From Cryomorphaceae bacterium (GTDB lineage Bacteria > Bacteroidota > Bacteroidia > Flavobacteriales > Flavobacteriaceae), in NCBI GenBank assembly GCA_003331265.1, contig QOPV01000001.1, positions 54,489 to 118,488 of the forward strand: a stretch of DNA of 64,000 bases, given 5' to 3'. Positions 16,791 through 26,453 of the stretch are shown here, piece by piece. The notes below the pieces were generated by a model that was given only the letters and a program-made list of their open reading frames with translations, did no database searches and had not been told where the DNA came from. A program made the position numbers and the translations under genes. Position 1 is the stretch's first letter, and each line of letters begins with the position of its first letter.

Positions 16791-17867
16791 TTGAAAATAT
16801 TAGATAAATATATCATCCTAAAGTATTTGAGCACTTTTTTCGCTATGCTCCTACTTTTTATTCCCATTGGAATTTTGGTTGATGTTTCTGAAAAAATTGA
16901 TAAATTCAAAGAATTTGATGTTCCTTTTGATGAAATTATAAATTATTATCTAGATTTTATCTGGTATTTTGGGAATACTCTTTACCCCCTTTTTGTTTTT
17001 CTTTCTGTTATATGGTTTACTTCAAAAATTGCCAATAACTCAGAAATAATAGCTATACTAAGTTCGGGAATATCTTTTAATAGGTATTTGAGGCCTTTTA
17101 TGATTGCTGCTTCTTTTATAGCTTTTATTGCTTTTTACTCAGGAATGTTTATTGTTCCGGAAAAAAACAAAAGTTATAATGAGTTTTCTTACAAATATTT
17201 AAAAAAGGGTAAAAAATCCAGAGAAACTTCAAAAATATATAAACAAGTTGAAGAAAATGATTTTGTCTATGTAAGTAGTTATAATCCTACAAGAGAACTA
17301 GCTTATGATTTTTCATATGAACACTTTAAAGAGAATAATTTAGAATATAAAATAAGTGCAAGAAATATCAGATGGATTGAAGAAGATAGCATTTACAGGT
17401 TAACAGATTATTTCAAAAGAAGTTTTAATGCGGACAAACAATTTATTGAATCAAAGAAAATATTAGATACTATTTTTTCTTTTAAAATAAATGAACTTTC
17501 ATCTGTAAATTATATGGCTGAAACCCAAAATTTTTTTGAGTTAAATATGTTTATAAATCAAGAAAAAGAAAGTGGATCTCCACTAATTAACAATCACTTA
17601 TTAGTTAGACATAAAAGATGGAGTCTTCCTTTGTCAACTTTTATTCTTACGTTATTAGCAGTTTCAGCTTCTTCATTTAAGAGAAGAGAAGGGATGGGAG
17701 TAAATTTAGCATTTGGAATTATCACTGCTTTTACTTTTGTTTTTTTTGATAAGTTTTTTTCTGTAATGGTTAGTAAATCAGGTCTGTCACCATTTTTAGG
17801 TGCCTGGATTCCAAATTTTATTTTTCTTTTTTTAGCAATTTATTTTTTAAAATATGCAAAAAAATAA
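16791..17867 (+). CDS. LptF/LptG-family LPS export permease
   Basis: TTG start. The N-terminus MKILDKYIILKYL is typical of YjgP/YjgQ permeases. Topology is 3 TM, a periplasmic domain, then 3 TM. Confidence 0.7.
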   Translation: MKILDKYIILKYLSTFFAMLLLFIPIGILVDVSEKIDKFKEFDVPFDEIINYYLDFIWYFGNTLYPLFVFLSVIWFTSKIANNSEIIAILSSGISFNRYLRPFMIAASFIAFIAFYSGMFIVPEKNKSYNEFSYKYLKKGKKSRETSKIYKQVEENDFVYVSSYNPTRELAYDFSYEHFKENNLEYKISARNIRWIEEDSIYRLTDYFKRSFNADKQFIESKKILDTIFSFKINELSSVNYMAETQNFFELNMFINQEKESGSPLINNHLLVRHKRWSLPLSTFILTLLAVSASSFKRREGMGVNLAFGIITAFTFVFFDKFFSVMVSKSGLSPFLGAWIPNFIFLFLAIYFLKYAKK

Positions 17868-18729
17868 ATTAAAAAGTTTAATTCACTTTCATTTTATAGT
17901 TTTTATTTTTGGTTTTACTGCTATACTAGGGTCTTTAATTTCCATAGATTCTTTTCAGTTAGTATGGTATAGAATGTTAATTGCATCAATATGTTTACTA
18001 ATCTTAGCCCCTTTTTTAAATAAAAAGTTAAATATTTCAATGTCTTTATTTTTGAAATTATTTTTTTGTGGTGTAATTATTTCATTACACTGGGTATTCT
18101 TCTTTAAAGCCATTAAAGTATCCAATGTATCAATAACCCTTTCAATTTTATCATTGGGGGCTTTCATAACTTCTTTTTTGGAACCTATTTTGTATAAGAG
18201 AAAAATAGTATTTTATGAAGTTATCTTGGGTCTGTTAGTTGTTGCTGGTACAGCAATTATTTTCAAAACTCAGTTTCATTATTTAGAAGGAATTCTGTAT
18301 GCTTTAGTATCTGTTATTTTAAGTGTATTTTTTACTTTATTTAATGGTAAGTTAATTGGTAAAACTTCTTCTTTTACCATTTCGCTTTATGAACTTCTGG
18401 GAGGGTTTTTAACGATTTCTATATTATTAATTATAAATAATGATTTAAATTTAGATCTTCTATCTCTTAAAAATAATGATTTTGTATGGCTTTTTATTTT
18501 GGGAACAATATGTACTGCGTATGCATTTGTTATTTCAGTAGAAGTTATGAAACATTTAACACCGTATTCTGTAATGCTTTCTATTAACATGGAACCTGTT
18601 TATGGTATATTATTGGCAATAGTTTTTTTAAATGAATCTGAAAATATGTCTTTTGATTTTTATATTGGGTTTTTATTGATTTTTACATCAGTAATTTTAA
18701 ATGGTGTTTTGAAGTTAAAACAAAAATAG
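17854..18729 (+). CDS. DMT-superfamily (EamA-like) transporter
   Basis: 291 aa, about 10 TM helices in two repeated halves. It overlaps the upstream gene by 14 nt. Confidence 0.62.
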   Translation: MQKNKLKSLIHFHFIVFIFGFTAILGSLISIDSFQLVWYRMLIASICLLILAPFLNKKLNISMSLFLKLFFCGVIISLHWVFFFKAIKVSNVSITLSILSLGAFITSFLEPILYKRKIVFYEVILGLLVVAGTAIIFKTQFHYLEGILYALVSVILSVFFTLFNGKLIGKTSSFTISLYELLGGFLTISILLIINNDLNLDLLSLKNNDFVWLFILGTICTAYAFVISVEVMKHLTPYSVMLSINMEPVYGILLAIVFLNESENMSFDFYIGFLLIFTSVILNGVLKLKQK

Positions 18730-18749
18730 ATTTGGTTTAATTTATTATT

Positions 18750-18757
18750 TATATTTG
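18750..18757 (+). promoter_or_regulatory. -7 box candidate (TATATTTG) upstream of accA
   Basis: Exact TAnnTTTG match 19 nt before the accA ATG. A TTTG lies 15 nt upstream, which is short spacing. Confidence 0.3.
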
Positions 18758-18776
18758 ATAATAATTTTCTGTTTAT

Positions 18777-19730
18777 ATGGAATATTTAGATTTTGAAACT
18801 CCTCTAAAAGATTTAGAAGATCAGCTGATTGAGTGTAAATTAATAGGAGATAAAAGTGAGATTGATGTTTCAGAAACTTGTAAAAAGTTGATGGAAAAAA
18901 TTAAAAAAACTAAGAAAGAGATTTATAAGAATATTTCTCCTTGGCAAAGAGTTCAATTATCAAGACATCCCTCCAGACCTTATACTTTAGATTATATTAA
19001 GGCTTTAACCAATAATACATTCTTAGAACTGCATGGAGATAGAAATATTAAGGATGACAAAGCTATGATAGGAGGTCTTGGAAAAATTGGAGATCAAACC
19101 TTTATGTTTATAGGTCAGCAAAAAGGATATAATACTAAAACCAGGCAGTACAGAAATTTCGGAATGTCAAATCCTGAGGGTTATAGGAAAGCTTTGAGAT
19201 TAATGAAGTCTGCTGAAAAGTTCAATATACCTGTTATTACATTAATTGACACACCTGGAGCTTATCCTGGTTTAGAAGCTGAAGAAAGAGGACAAGGTCA
19301 AGCTATTGCAAAAAACTTATTTGAAATGTTTAAACTTAAAACTCAGATAATTTGTATTGTCATAGGAGAAGGAGCGTCTGGAGGAGCTCTTGGAATTGGA
19401 ATAGGTGATCACGTAATGATGCTAGAAAACACATGGTATTCTGTTATCTCCCCTGAATCATGTTCTTCTATTTTATGGAGAAGTTGGGATTTCAAAGAAC
19501 AAGCTGCCGAAGCTTTAAAATTAACTCCTATTGACATGAAAAAGAATAATTTAATTGATAAAATAATTCCAGAGCCATTAGGTGGAGCTCACAGAGATAG
19601 AGAAAAAACATTTATCAATGTAAAAAATGCGATTCTTGAATCTTTCAATTATCTTAAAGATAAAAAAGTAAATACTCTCGTTGAAGAGAGAACAAATAAG
19701 TTTACTTCAATGGGAGTTTATAATTCTTAA
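18777..19730 (+). CDS. accA: Acetyl-CoA carboxylase carboxyltransferase alpha subunit
   Basis: [12 protein letters not shown]-like [25 protein letters not shown] and [12 protein letters not shown] motifs. Confidence 0.92.
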   Translation: MEYLDFETPLKDLEDQLIECKLIGDKSEIDVSETCKKLMEKIKKTKKEIYKNISPWQRVQLSRHPSRPYTLDYIKALTNNTFLELHGDRNIKDDKAMIGGLGKIGDQTFMFIGQQKGYNTKTRQYRNFGMSNPEGYRKALRLMKSAEKFNIPVITLIDTPGAYPGLEAEERGQGQAIAKNLFEMFKLKTQIICIVIGEGASGGALGIGIGDHVMMLENTWYSVISPESCSSILWRSWDFKEQAAEALKLTPIDMKKNNLIDKIIPEPLGGAHRDREKTFINVKNAILESFNYLKDKKVNTLVEERTNKFTSMGVYNS

Positions 19731-19835
19731 TTTTATAAGATATTAACATTTTTTTTTCGTTGTTAACAAAATATTGTTTGCTTTTAGCTAGTTATTTTTC
19801 TTAGTCTGGTGTTATCTTTTTCTTAAGTTCGTAGT

Positions 19836-21353
19836 ATGGATAAAGCCAAACCACTTTTTGAAAGATCTAATAAAAAAACACCTGTTGTTTCATTTGAAAG
19901 AGGTAAAATACCGCCTCAGGCATTAGACCTAGAAGAAGTTGTTTTGGGAGCTATGATGATAGATAAAAAAGGAGTTGATGCAGTAATTGATATTTTACAA
20001 CCCAGTGCTTTTTATAAAGAGTCTCATCAATTTATTTTTGAGAGTATAGTAAAGTTATTTGAAAATACAGAACCAATTGACTTGCTTACTGTCTCTGCTA
20101 AGTTAAGAGCAGAAGGTAAGCTTGATAAGATTGGTGGAGATTATTATTTAGTCCAATTAACTCAAAAAGTTTCTTCTTCTGCCCATATTGAATACCATGC
20201 TAGAATTATTTTACAAAAATACATTCAAAGAAGTTTAATAAAAATATCTACAGAAATAATCGAGGATTCTTATGACGAAACTCAGGATGTTTTTAATCTT
20301 TTAGATTCAGCAGAATCTAAACTATATGACGTTACTCAGGGCAATATTAAAAAATCTACTGAAACAGCTCAGAGTTTGGTAATACAAGCAAAAAAAAAGA
20401 TAGAAGAAATTTCAAATAAAGATGGTTTAAGTGGGGTTCCCTCAGGATTTTCTGATCTCGATAAATTAACCTCTGGATGGCAGCCTAGTGATTTAGTTAT
20501 AATTGCTGCTAGGCCAGGTATGGGAAAAACTGCTTTAACTTTATCCATGGCCAGAAATATGGCTGTAGCTCAAAATATCCCTGTTGCTTTTTTTTCTTTA
20601 GAGATGTCTTCCATTCAACTTATAACTAGATTAATTTCCTCTGAAACTGGATTATCATCTGAAAAATTAAGAACAGGAAATCTGGAAAAGTTTGAATGGG
20701 AACAACTAAATGTTAAGGTTTCCTCTCTTGAAAATGCACCTTTATATATAGACGACACACCATCTTTATCAATCTTTGATTTAAGAGCAAAAGCTAGAAG
20801 ATTATCTTCTCAGTATGGAATTAAGTTAATAGTTATTGATTATTTACAGTTAATGACAGCAGGCGGGAGTAATAAAAATGGAAATAGAGAACAAGAAATT
20901 TCTACTATTTCAAGAAATTTAAAAGCATTATCTAAAGAATTAAATGTTCCTGTAATAGCATTATCTCAACTATCTAGGGCAGTAGAAACAAGAGGAGGTA
21001 GCAAAAGACCTATTCTTTCTGACCTGAGAGAATCAGGTGCAATTGAACAAGATGCAGATATTGTATCGTTTATTTACAGACCTGAATATTATAAAATTGA
21101 TGAATGGGATGATGAAGAAAGAACTCCATCTACAGGACAGGCCGAATTAATTGTAGCTAAGCATAGAAATGGAGGCTTAAGTAACATAAGGCTTAAATTT
21201 GTTTCAACTCTGGGTAAGTTTGAGAATTTAGATAATTTTGATTCTCCTTTTGAATACCAATCGAAAATCAATCAAGATAGTCCTAAGGTTAATCCTGATC
21301 AAGCTTTTGAAAGTGGCAGCTATAGAGATGAAGGAGAGGATATGCCTTTTTAA
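19836..21353 (+). CDS. dnaB: Replicative DNA helicase DnaB
   Basis: PPQALDLEEVVLGAMM at the N-terminus, Walker A ARPGMGKTALT, IDYLQLM, and the SQLSRAVE and RESGAIEQDAD motifs. Confidence 0.93.
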   Translation: MDKAKPLFERSNKKTPVVSFERGKIPPQALDLEEVVLGAMMIDKKGVDAVIDILQPSAFYKESHQFIFESIVKLFENTEPIDLLTVSAKLRAEGKLDKIGGDYYLVQLTQKVSSSAHIEYHARIILQKYIQRSLIKISTEIIEDSYDETQDVFNLLDSAESKLYDVTQGNIKKSTETAQSLVIQAKKKIEEISNKDGLSGVPSGFSDLDKLTSGWQPSDLVIIAARPGMGKTALTLSMARNMAVAQNIPVAFFSLEMSSIQLITRLISSETGLSSEKLRTGNLEKFEWEQLNVKVSSLENAPLYIDDTPSLSIFDLRAKARRLSSQYGIKLIVIDYLQLMTAGGSNKNGNREQEISTISRNLKALSKELNVPVIALSQLSRAVETRGGSKRPILSDLRESGAIEQDADIVSFIYRPEYYKIDEWDDEERTPSTGQAELIVAKHRNGGLSNIRLKFVSTLGKFENLDNFDSPFEYQSKINQDSPKVNPDQAFESGSYRDEGEDMPF

Positions 21354-21356
21354 AGC

Positions 21357-21701
21357 TTACTTTACTTTATTTACAATTTCGGTAAAAGCCTCAGGGTTAT
21401 TCATGGCTAAATCAGCAAGTACTTTTCTGTTTATGTCAATATCGTTTTGCTTTAATTTACCCATTAATTCAGAATAAGATAACCCATGTAATCTAGCTCC
21501 AGCATTTATTCTGGTAATCCAAAGGGCTCTGAAAGTTCTTTTTTTATTTTTTCTATCTCTGTAAGCATAGGTTAGTCCTTTTTCAACTGCATTTTTAGCA
21601 ACAGTCCAAACATTTTTTCTTCTTCCGAAATAACCTTTTGCTTGTTTTAATATTTTTTTTCTTCTCTGTCTAGAAGCTACTGAATTTACTGATCTTGGCA
21701 T
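21357..21701 (-). CDS. rplT: 50S ribosomal protein L20
   Basis: [30 protein letters not shown] is a canonical L20. Confidence 0.95.
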   Translation of the reverse strand: MPRSVNSVASRQRRKKILKQAKGYFGRRKNVWTVAKNAVEKGLTYAYRDRKNKKRTFRALWITRINAGARLHGLSYSELMGKLKQNDIDINRKVLADLAMNNPEAFTEIVNKVK

Positions 21702-21779
21702 AATTTAATTTTTTAGATTAGGCGTCATTTTATGAGCTTTAAGGCCTTTTTCTTGGTTAAACTCTTAGTATATAAACCG

Positions 21780-21977
21780 TTATTTCAAACGCAATTGTTT
21801 TTTTATATTATCACTATCACTTTCATGAACTAAAGTAGAGTGAGTAAGGGCTAGTTTTCTCTTTTTAGATTTTTTGGTAAGGATATGGCTTTTGAAAGCG
21901 TGCTTCCTTTTAATTTTTCCTGTTCCAGTTACTTTAAATCTTTTTTTAGCACTAGATTTTGTTTTCATTTTAGGCAT
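21780..21977 (-). CDS. rpmI: 50S ribosomal protein L35
   Basis: [33 protein letters not shown] is a canonical L35. Confidence 0.92.
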   Translation of the reverse strand: MPKMKTKSSAKKRFKVTGTGKIKRKHAFKSHILTKKSKKRKLALTHSTLVHESDSDNIKKQLRLK

Positions 21978-21999
21978 AACTTCTTACTTCAAATTATTT

Positions 22000-22551
22000 T
22001 TATTTCTTAGGGGCCACAAACATAATCATTTTTTTTCCTTCCATAGTAGGTAATGACTCAACTTTTCCATATTCTTCCAGTTCTTGAGCTAATTTTAATA
22101 ATAATATTTGTCCTTTTTCTTTAAAAATGATAGATCTTCCTTTAAAAAAAACAAAAGCTTTTAGCTTTGCACCTTCTTTTAAAAATTTGATACCATGTTT
22201 TTTCTTAAACTCGTAATCATGCTCATCTGTATTAGGTCCAAACCTAATTTCTTTAACAATTACTTTAGTTGATTTTGCTTTTATTATTTTTTCTCTTTTC
22301 TTTTGCTCATATAAGAATTTCTTATACTCCATTATTTTACAAACTGGAGGTGTCGCTTTTGGAGAAATTTCAACTAAATCAAGCTCCAATTCCCTTGCTA
22401 TTTCTAAGGCCTTATTTAAATTATAAATACCAACCTCAACATTATCACCAACAAGTCTGAGCTCGTTAGCTCTAATATCCTCATTAATTTTATGTGGATT
22501 TTGTTTAATTATTCTAGCAGGTTGTCTGCTTCTTTTTCTTCTAATTGCTAT
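22000..22551 (-). CDS. infC: Translation initiation factor IF-3 (non-AUG start)
   Basis: The listed ORF (from 22389) lacks the IF-3 N-domain. The frame stays open upstream to 22566 and encodes (ATA)AIRRKRSRQPARIIKQNPHKINEDIRANELRLVGDNVEVGIYNLNKALEIARELELDLVEIS, a typical IF-3 N-terminus. There is no in-frame ATG, GTG or TTG. The candidate starts are ATA at 22551 or ATT at 22545. Confidence 0.85.
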   Translation of the reverse strand: MAIRRKRSRQPARIIKQNPHKINEDIRANELRLVGDNVEVGIYNLNKALEIARELELDLVEISPKATPPVCKIMEYKKFLYEQKKREKIIKAKSTKVIVKEIRFGPNTDEHDYEFKKKHGIKFLKEGAKLKAFVFFKGRSIIFKEKGQILLLKLAQELEEYGKVESLPTMEGKKMIMFVAPKK

Positions 22552-22570
22552 AGCTGTAAATTTAAATTAA

Positions 22571-24511
22571 TTAAAAATCTTCAATTGTCTCTCTTACTTT
22601 TTTATTTATGAATTCTACTAATTCTTTAATACTTTTCTTTCCAAAATCCTTTCCGCCATGGCCTCTTATTGGCAACAAATTATTCTTTTCCTCTTCATCA
22701 CCAATTATTATCATGAATGGAATTTTTTCCAATTCAGCTTCTCTTATTTTCCTGCTAACAGTTTCATTTCTAGTATCCGCAAGAGCGCGAATTTCGTCTT
22801 TTTCTAGTAAATTTAAAACTTTTTCAGTGTATTTTTTGTGTTTTTCTCCAACTGGTATCAACATTATTTGATTAGAAGTCAACCATAAAGGAAAATTTCC
22901 ACCAGTATGCTCGATTAGTATTGCTATAAATCTTTCCATACTTCCAAACGGAGCTCTATGAATCATCACTGGGCGTTTCAAAGTATTATTACTATCAGTA
23001 TAATTTAAATCAAATCTTTCAGGAAGATTGTAATCAACTTGAATTGTTCCTAATTGCCACTCTCTTCCAATTGCATCTTTTACCATAAAATCGAGTTTAG
23101 GTCCATAAAAAGCTGCCTCTCCATATTCAATTTTATAATCTATATTTTTTTCTTTTGTAGCATTTATTATAGCCTTTTCAGCTGTATTCCAAACCTGATC
23201 AGTACCAATATATTTTTCTTTGTTCAAGGGGTCTCTTAGAGAAACTTGGGCTGTAAATTTTTCAAAACCTAAAGACTTAAACACATATAAAACAAGGTCA
23301 ATAACATTTTTAAATTCAGAGTTAAGCTGATCTTGGGTACAAAAAATATGTGCATCGTCTTGTGTGAAACCTCTTGCTCTTGTTAAACCATGAAGCTCTC
23401 CGCTTTGCTCATACCTATAAACGGTACCAAATTCCGCATACCTTACTGGTAATTCTTTATAACTCCACTGTTTAGCATTGTACATTTCACAGTGATGTGG
23501 ACAATTCATCGGTTTTAATAAAAACTCTTCACCATCAGCAGGGGTTGAAATTGGTTGAAAACTACTTTCACCATATTTTTCATAATGACCTGATGTTTCG
23601 TATAATTCTTTATTTCCAATGTGTGGAGAAATTACTTGTTTATACCCTGCTTTTTTTTGTGCTTTTTTGAGAAATGCTTCTAACCTTTCTCTAAGTTCTG
23701 CTCCTTTTGGAAGCCATAGAGGTAACCCTTGTCCAACTTTATTTGAAAAAGTAAAAAGTTCCAATTGTTTTCCTAGTTTTCTATGATCTCTCTTTTTAGA
23801 TTCTTCTAATAAATTAAGATATTCAGTTAGCTCTTTTTGCTTTGGGAATGAAATCCCATATACTCTGGTAAGTTGTTTGTTATTTTGATCTGCCCTCCAA
23901 TAAGCACCCGCAACGCTCAATAACTTTACGGCTTTTATAAAGCCAGTATTAGGTAAATGACCACCCCTGCATAAATCTGTAAAATTATCATGATCACAGA
24001 AAGATATAGTGCCGTCTTCTAAATTATCTATTAATTCAACTTTATATTCATTTCCTAGTTTTTTATAATAGTCAAGAGCTTCTTTTTTTGATTTATATTT
24101 CAGTTTAAACAGATGTTTATTTCTTGAAATTTCTATCATTCTTCTCTCAATCTTAGGAAAATCTTTTTCTGACATAATGTTATCTCCAAAATCAACATCA
24201 TAGTAAAACCCGTTCGAAATAGCAGGGCCAATTGTTAATTTAACTTCAGGATAAAATTCTTCTATAACTTGAGCTAAAATGTGAGCAGATGAATGCCAAA
24301 ATGCTTTTTTGCCCTCTTTGTCGTTCCAAGTGTAAAAAACCAATTTTCCACTTTCAGTAAGTTTAGTAGTTGTTTCAATAGTTTTACTATTAAAGTTGGC
24401 AGATATTATATTTCTGGCTAAACCCTCACTAATTGAATTAGCAATTTCATATGGGGAAGTATTGATTTCATATGATCTAGCTGCTCCGTCTGGAAAAGTA
24501 ATTTCAATCAT
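22571..24511 (-). CDS. thrS: Threonyl-tRNA synthetase
   Basis: 646 aa with TGS, editing, class II core and anticodon-binding layout. Motifs HSSAHILA, FRYEQSGELHGLTRARGFTQDDAHIF and GSMERF are present. Confidence 0.95.
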   Translation of the reverse strand: MIEITFPDGAARSYEINTSPYEIANSISEGLARNIISANFNSKTIETTTKLTESGKLVFYTWNDKEGKKAFWHSSAHILAQVIEEFYPEVKLTIGPAISNGFYYDVDFGDNIMSEKDFPKIERRMIEISRNKHLFKLKYKSKKEALDYYKKLGNEYKVELIDNLEDGTISFCDHDNFTDLCRGGHLPNTGFIKAVKLLSVAGAYWRADQNNKQLTRVYGISFPKQKELTEYLNLLEESKKRDHRKLGKQLELFTFSNKVGQGLPLWLPKGAELRERLEAFLKKAQKKAGYKQVISPHIGNKELYETSGHYEKYGESSFQPISTPADGEEFLLKPMNCPHHCEMYNAKQWSYKELPVRYAEFGTVYRYEQSGELHGLTRARGFTQDDAHIFCTQDQLNSEFKNVIDLVLYVFKSLGFEKFTAQVSLRDPLNKEKYIGTDQVWNTAEKAIINATKEKNIDYKIEYGEAAFYGPKLDFMVKDAIGREWQLGTIQVDYNLPERFDLNYTDSNNTLKRPVMIHRAPFGSMERFIAILIEHTGGNFPLWLTSNQIMLIPVGEKHKKYTEKVLNLLEKDEIRALADTRNETVSRKIREAELEKIPFMIIIGDEEEKNNLLPIRGHGGKDFGKKSIKELVEFINKKVRETIEDF

Positions 24512-24533
24512 TATTTAAAGAGAATTATAAATA

Positions 24534-24563
24534 CAAAGATAATATCATTGATTTACTTAACAA
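24534..24563 (-). promoter_or_regulatory. Bacteroidetes-type promoter candidate for thrS-infC-rpmI-rplT (TTG-N19-TATCTTTG)
   Basis: On the minus strand, TTG (24563-24561) is followed 19 nt later by TATCTTTG (24541-24534). The -7 box ends 22 nt upstream of the thrS ATG. Confidence 0.42.
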
Positions 24564-24792
24564 CATTACTTTCTTTTTTTTTAAAAATAGAATTCATGAT
24601 ATTTTTTAGTCCTTTTACTCCAAAAAAAATAGAACATAGACATATAATTAAACTAAATATCAGTACCCCTTCAAACCATGGGTGATCTTGATTTTTAAAA
24701 GATTGAAAAAGTAGAGTAGGACCAACAAACATTAAAAAAAGTGAAAGAAAAATATTTTTAAACCCTTTTTTTAAAAAATTAGATTCCATCAT
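24553..24792 (-). CDS. Small two-TM membrane protein, function unknown
   Basis: About 79 aa from MMESNF. Two hydrophobic helices (IFLSLFLMFVGPTLLF, VLIFSLIICLCSIFFGV). It overlaps the murQ stop. The start choice (24792, 24789 or 24819) is uncertain. Confidence 0.4.
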   Translation of the reverse strand: MMESNFLKKGFKNIFLSLFLMFVGPTLLFQSFKNQDHPWFEGVLIFSLIICLCSIFFGVKGLKNIMNSIFKKKESNVVK

Positions 24793-25597
24793 TATAATTT
24801 TTAATAGCTTTTCTAACACTTTTATGTTTTTTTAAAAGAATTGAAGCTTTGTTTTTTGAAATTTGTAGAGAATTCATTAACATTAAAGTTCCTCTGTTAA
24901 TTAGTTTCTCATTTGAAAGTTGCATATCAATCATTTTATTTCCTTTGATTCGGCCCAATTTAATCATGATAGTGCTAGAAATCATATTTAAAACTAACTT
25001 TTGAGCTGTGCCTGCTTTCATCCTTGAACTTCCTGTAATCACCTCTGGTCCAACTAGTACTTCAACGGGATATTTTGTAATTAAAGAAATTGGACTTCCT
25101 GTATTACAAGTTATGCATCCAGTTTGAATTTGTTTTTTATTACATTTTTCTAAAGCTCCAATCACATAGGGTGTTGTTCCTGAAGCAGCAATTCCTATAA
25201 CGAAATCTTTAGAGTTGATATTATGTTTTAGTAAATCTTTCCAACCTTGCTTCAAATCATCTTCAGCATTTTCAATACTTTTTCTTATTGCTTTATCCCC
25301 TCCAGCAATTATTCCCACAATTAAACCTGTACTTACTCCAAAGGTTGGAGGGCATTCCGAAGCGTCTACTACACCTAATCTCCCACTTGTTCCTGATCCA
25401 ATATAAAAAAGTCTTCCACCATTATCTAATTGATAAATTATTTTATCAATTAACTTTTTTATTTTAGGTATTACTTTCTTTACTGAAATTGCTACGGTTT
25501 GATCTTCTAAATTTATAATTTCTAAAAGTCGATTAACAGACTTTTTTTCCAAGTTATCATAATTAGAATCGGATTCTGTTATTTTTTCAAAACTCAT
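24779..25597 (-). CDS. murQ: N-acetylmuramic acid 6-phosphate etherase
   Basis: SIS-domain protein with GRLFYIGSGTSGRLGVVDASECPPTFG and the ITGSSRMKAGTAQK motif typical of MurQ. Confidence 0.85.
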   Translation of the reverse strand: MSFEKITESDSNYDNLEKKSVNRLLEIINLEDQTVAISVKKVIPKIKKLIDKIIYQLDNGGRLFYIGSGTSGRLGVVDASECPPTFGVSTGLIVGIIAGGDKAIRKSIENAEDDLKQGWKDLLKHNINSKDFVIGIAASGTTPYVIGALEKCNKKQIQTGCITCNTGSPISLITKYPVEVLVGPEVITGSSRMKAGTAQKLVLNMISSTIMIKLGRIKGNKMIDMQLSNEKLINRGTLMLMNSLQISKNKASILLKKHKSVRKAIKNYNDGI

Positions 25598-25607
25598 TAA
25601 TCATTTT

Positions 25608-26453
25608 TTAATCAAACAATCCATCAGGAGCATCTTCTTTTGATAGTCTAAAATAATCAAATTCCGAAACTCTATAGAATCCTAAAGGAAATTTTTCAGG
25701 ATTTGATAGATTTGTAATATTTCCTCTTATAATTGCACTAGCAGATGAGAATGGTCTGCCATTTTGTGCTCCAGCTTGAGCTGTTAAAATATTAAGATAA
25801 TTAAAACCTTCTTCTGTTAATCCAGTCATTTCTATATAAACAAACTCATCATTTTTAAAATATTTTGTTTTGTCAATAAAAAAAGAAAAAGTGAATTGAT
25901 TTCCATTAGTATAAAGGTCTCTTGATACTAAATAATCGTATGTATTTGCCTCTCCTTTTGGCCCAAATTTCCAAAGATTAAAATCACCAATTTCTTTTGG
26001 ATCAGTAAAGGTAATTAGTAATTCTACCTCATCATTGTTGAGTGATTTTCTATCACCAAACTTCACGGATTCAATACCTGAAACTTTTATTAGTTTTTCA
26101 GATGAATAATAATTTTCTTCTTCGAACTCAACAAAGAATTCATAATCTTCTTCAAAACTTATGTGGTCGATTGTGTTTGTGTAATATTCATATTTATTAT
26201 TATAATTTAAATCAATATTTCCATTTTTGGTTTTAATATAAACATTTGCATTCTCTATTATTGTATTGTTTTCACCAAAGTAAGGAGCAGTTTTATTCAC
26301 TTTTACTATTGCAGTTGCAAAATTTTCATTAATATTTTTGAATATGGATGCATCTAAAACAATTCTTTCATCAGAATAATCTGTTTCAATAGTTATAACT
26401 TTTTCGCAGCTGCTAAAAAATAATATCAAGATGTATAAAAAATATTTTTTCAT
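25608..26453 (-). CDS. DUF4249-family lipoprotein (partner of the upstream TonB-dependent receptor)
   Basis: Lipobox LILFFSSCEK, beta-rich sequence, and position immediately after a CarboxypepD_reg-type TonB receptor (0-nt gap). That is the usual DUF4249 context (recollected). Confidence 0.5.
   Translation of the reverse strand: MKKYFLYILILFFSSCEKVITIETDYSDERIVLDASIFKNINENFATAIVKVNKTAPYFGENNTIIENANVYIKTKNGNIDLNYNNKYEYYTNTIDHISFEEDYEFFVEFEEENYYSSEKLIKVSGIESVKFGDRKSLNNDEVELLITFTDPKEIGDFNLWKFGPKGEANTYDYLVSRDLYTNGNQFTFSFFIDKTKYFKNDEFVYIEMTGLTEEGFNYLNILTAQAGAQNGRPFSSASAIIRGNITNLSNPEKFPLGFYRVSEFDYFRLSKEDAPDGLFD

Noticed and set aside
21238-21477. 79-aa plus-strand ORF bridging the end of dnaB and the rplT region
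   Set aside because: It overlaps the dnaB 3' end out of frame and is antisense to rplT. The translation is hydrophobic low-complexity with no motifs, so it is spurious.
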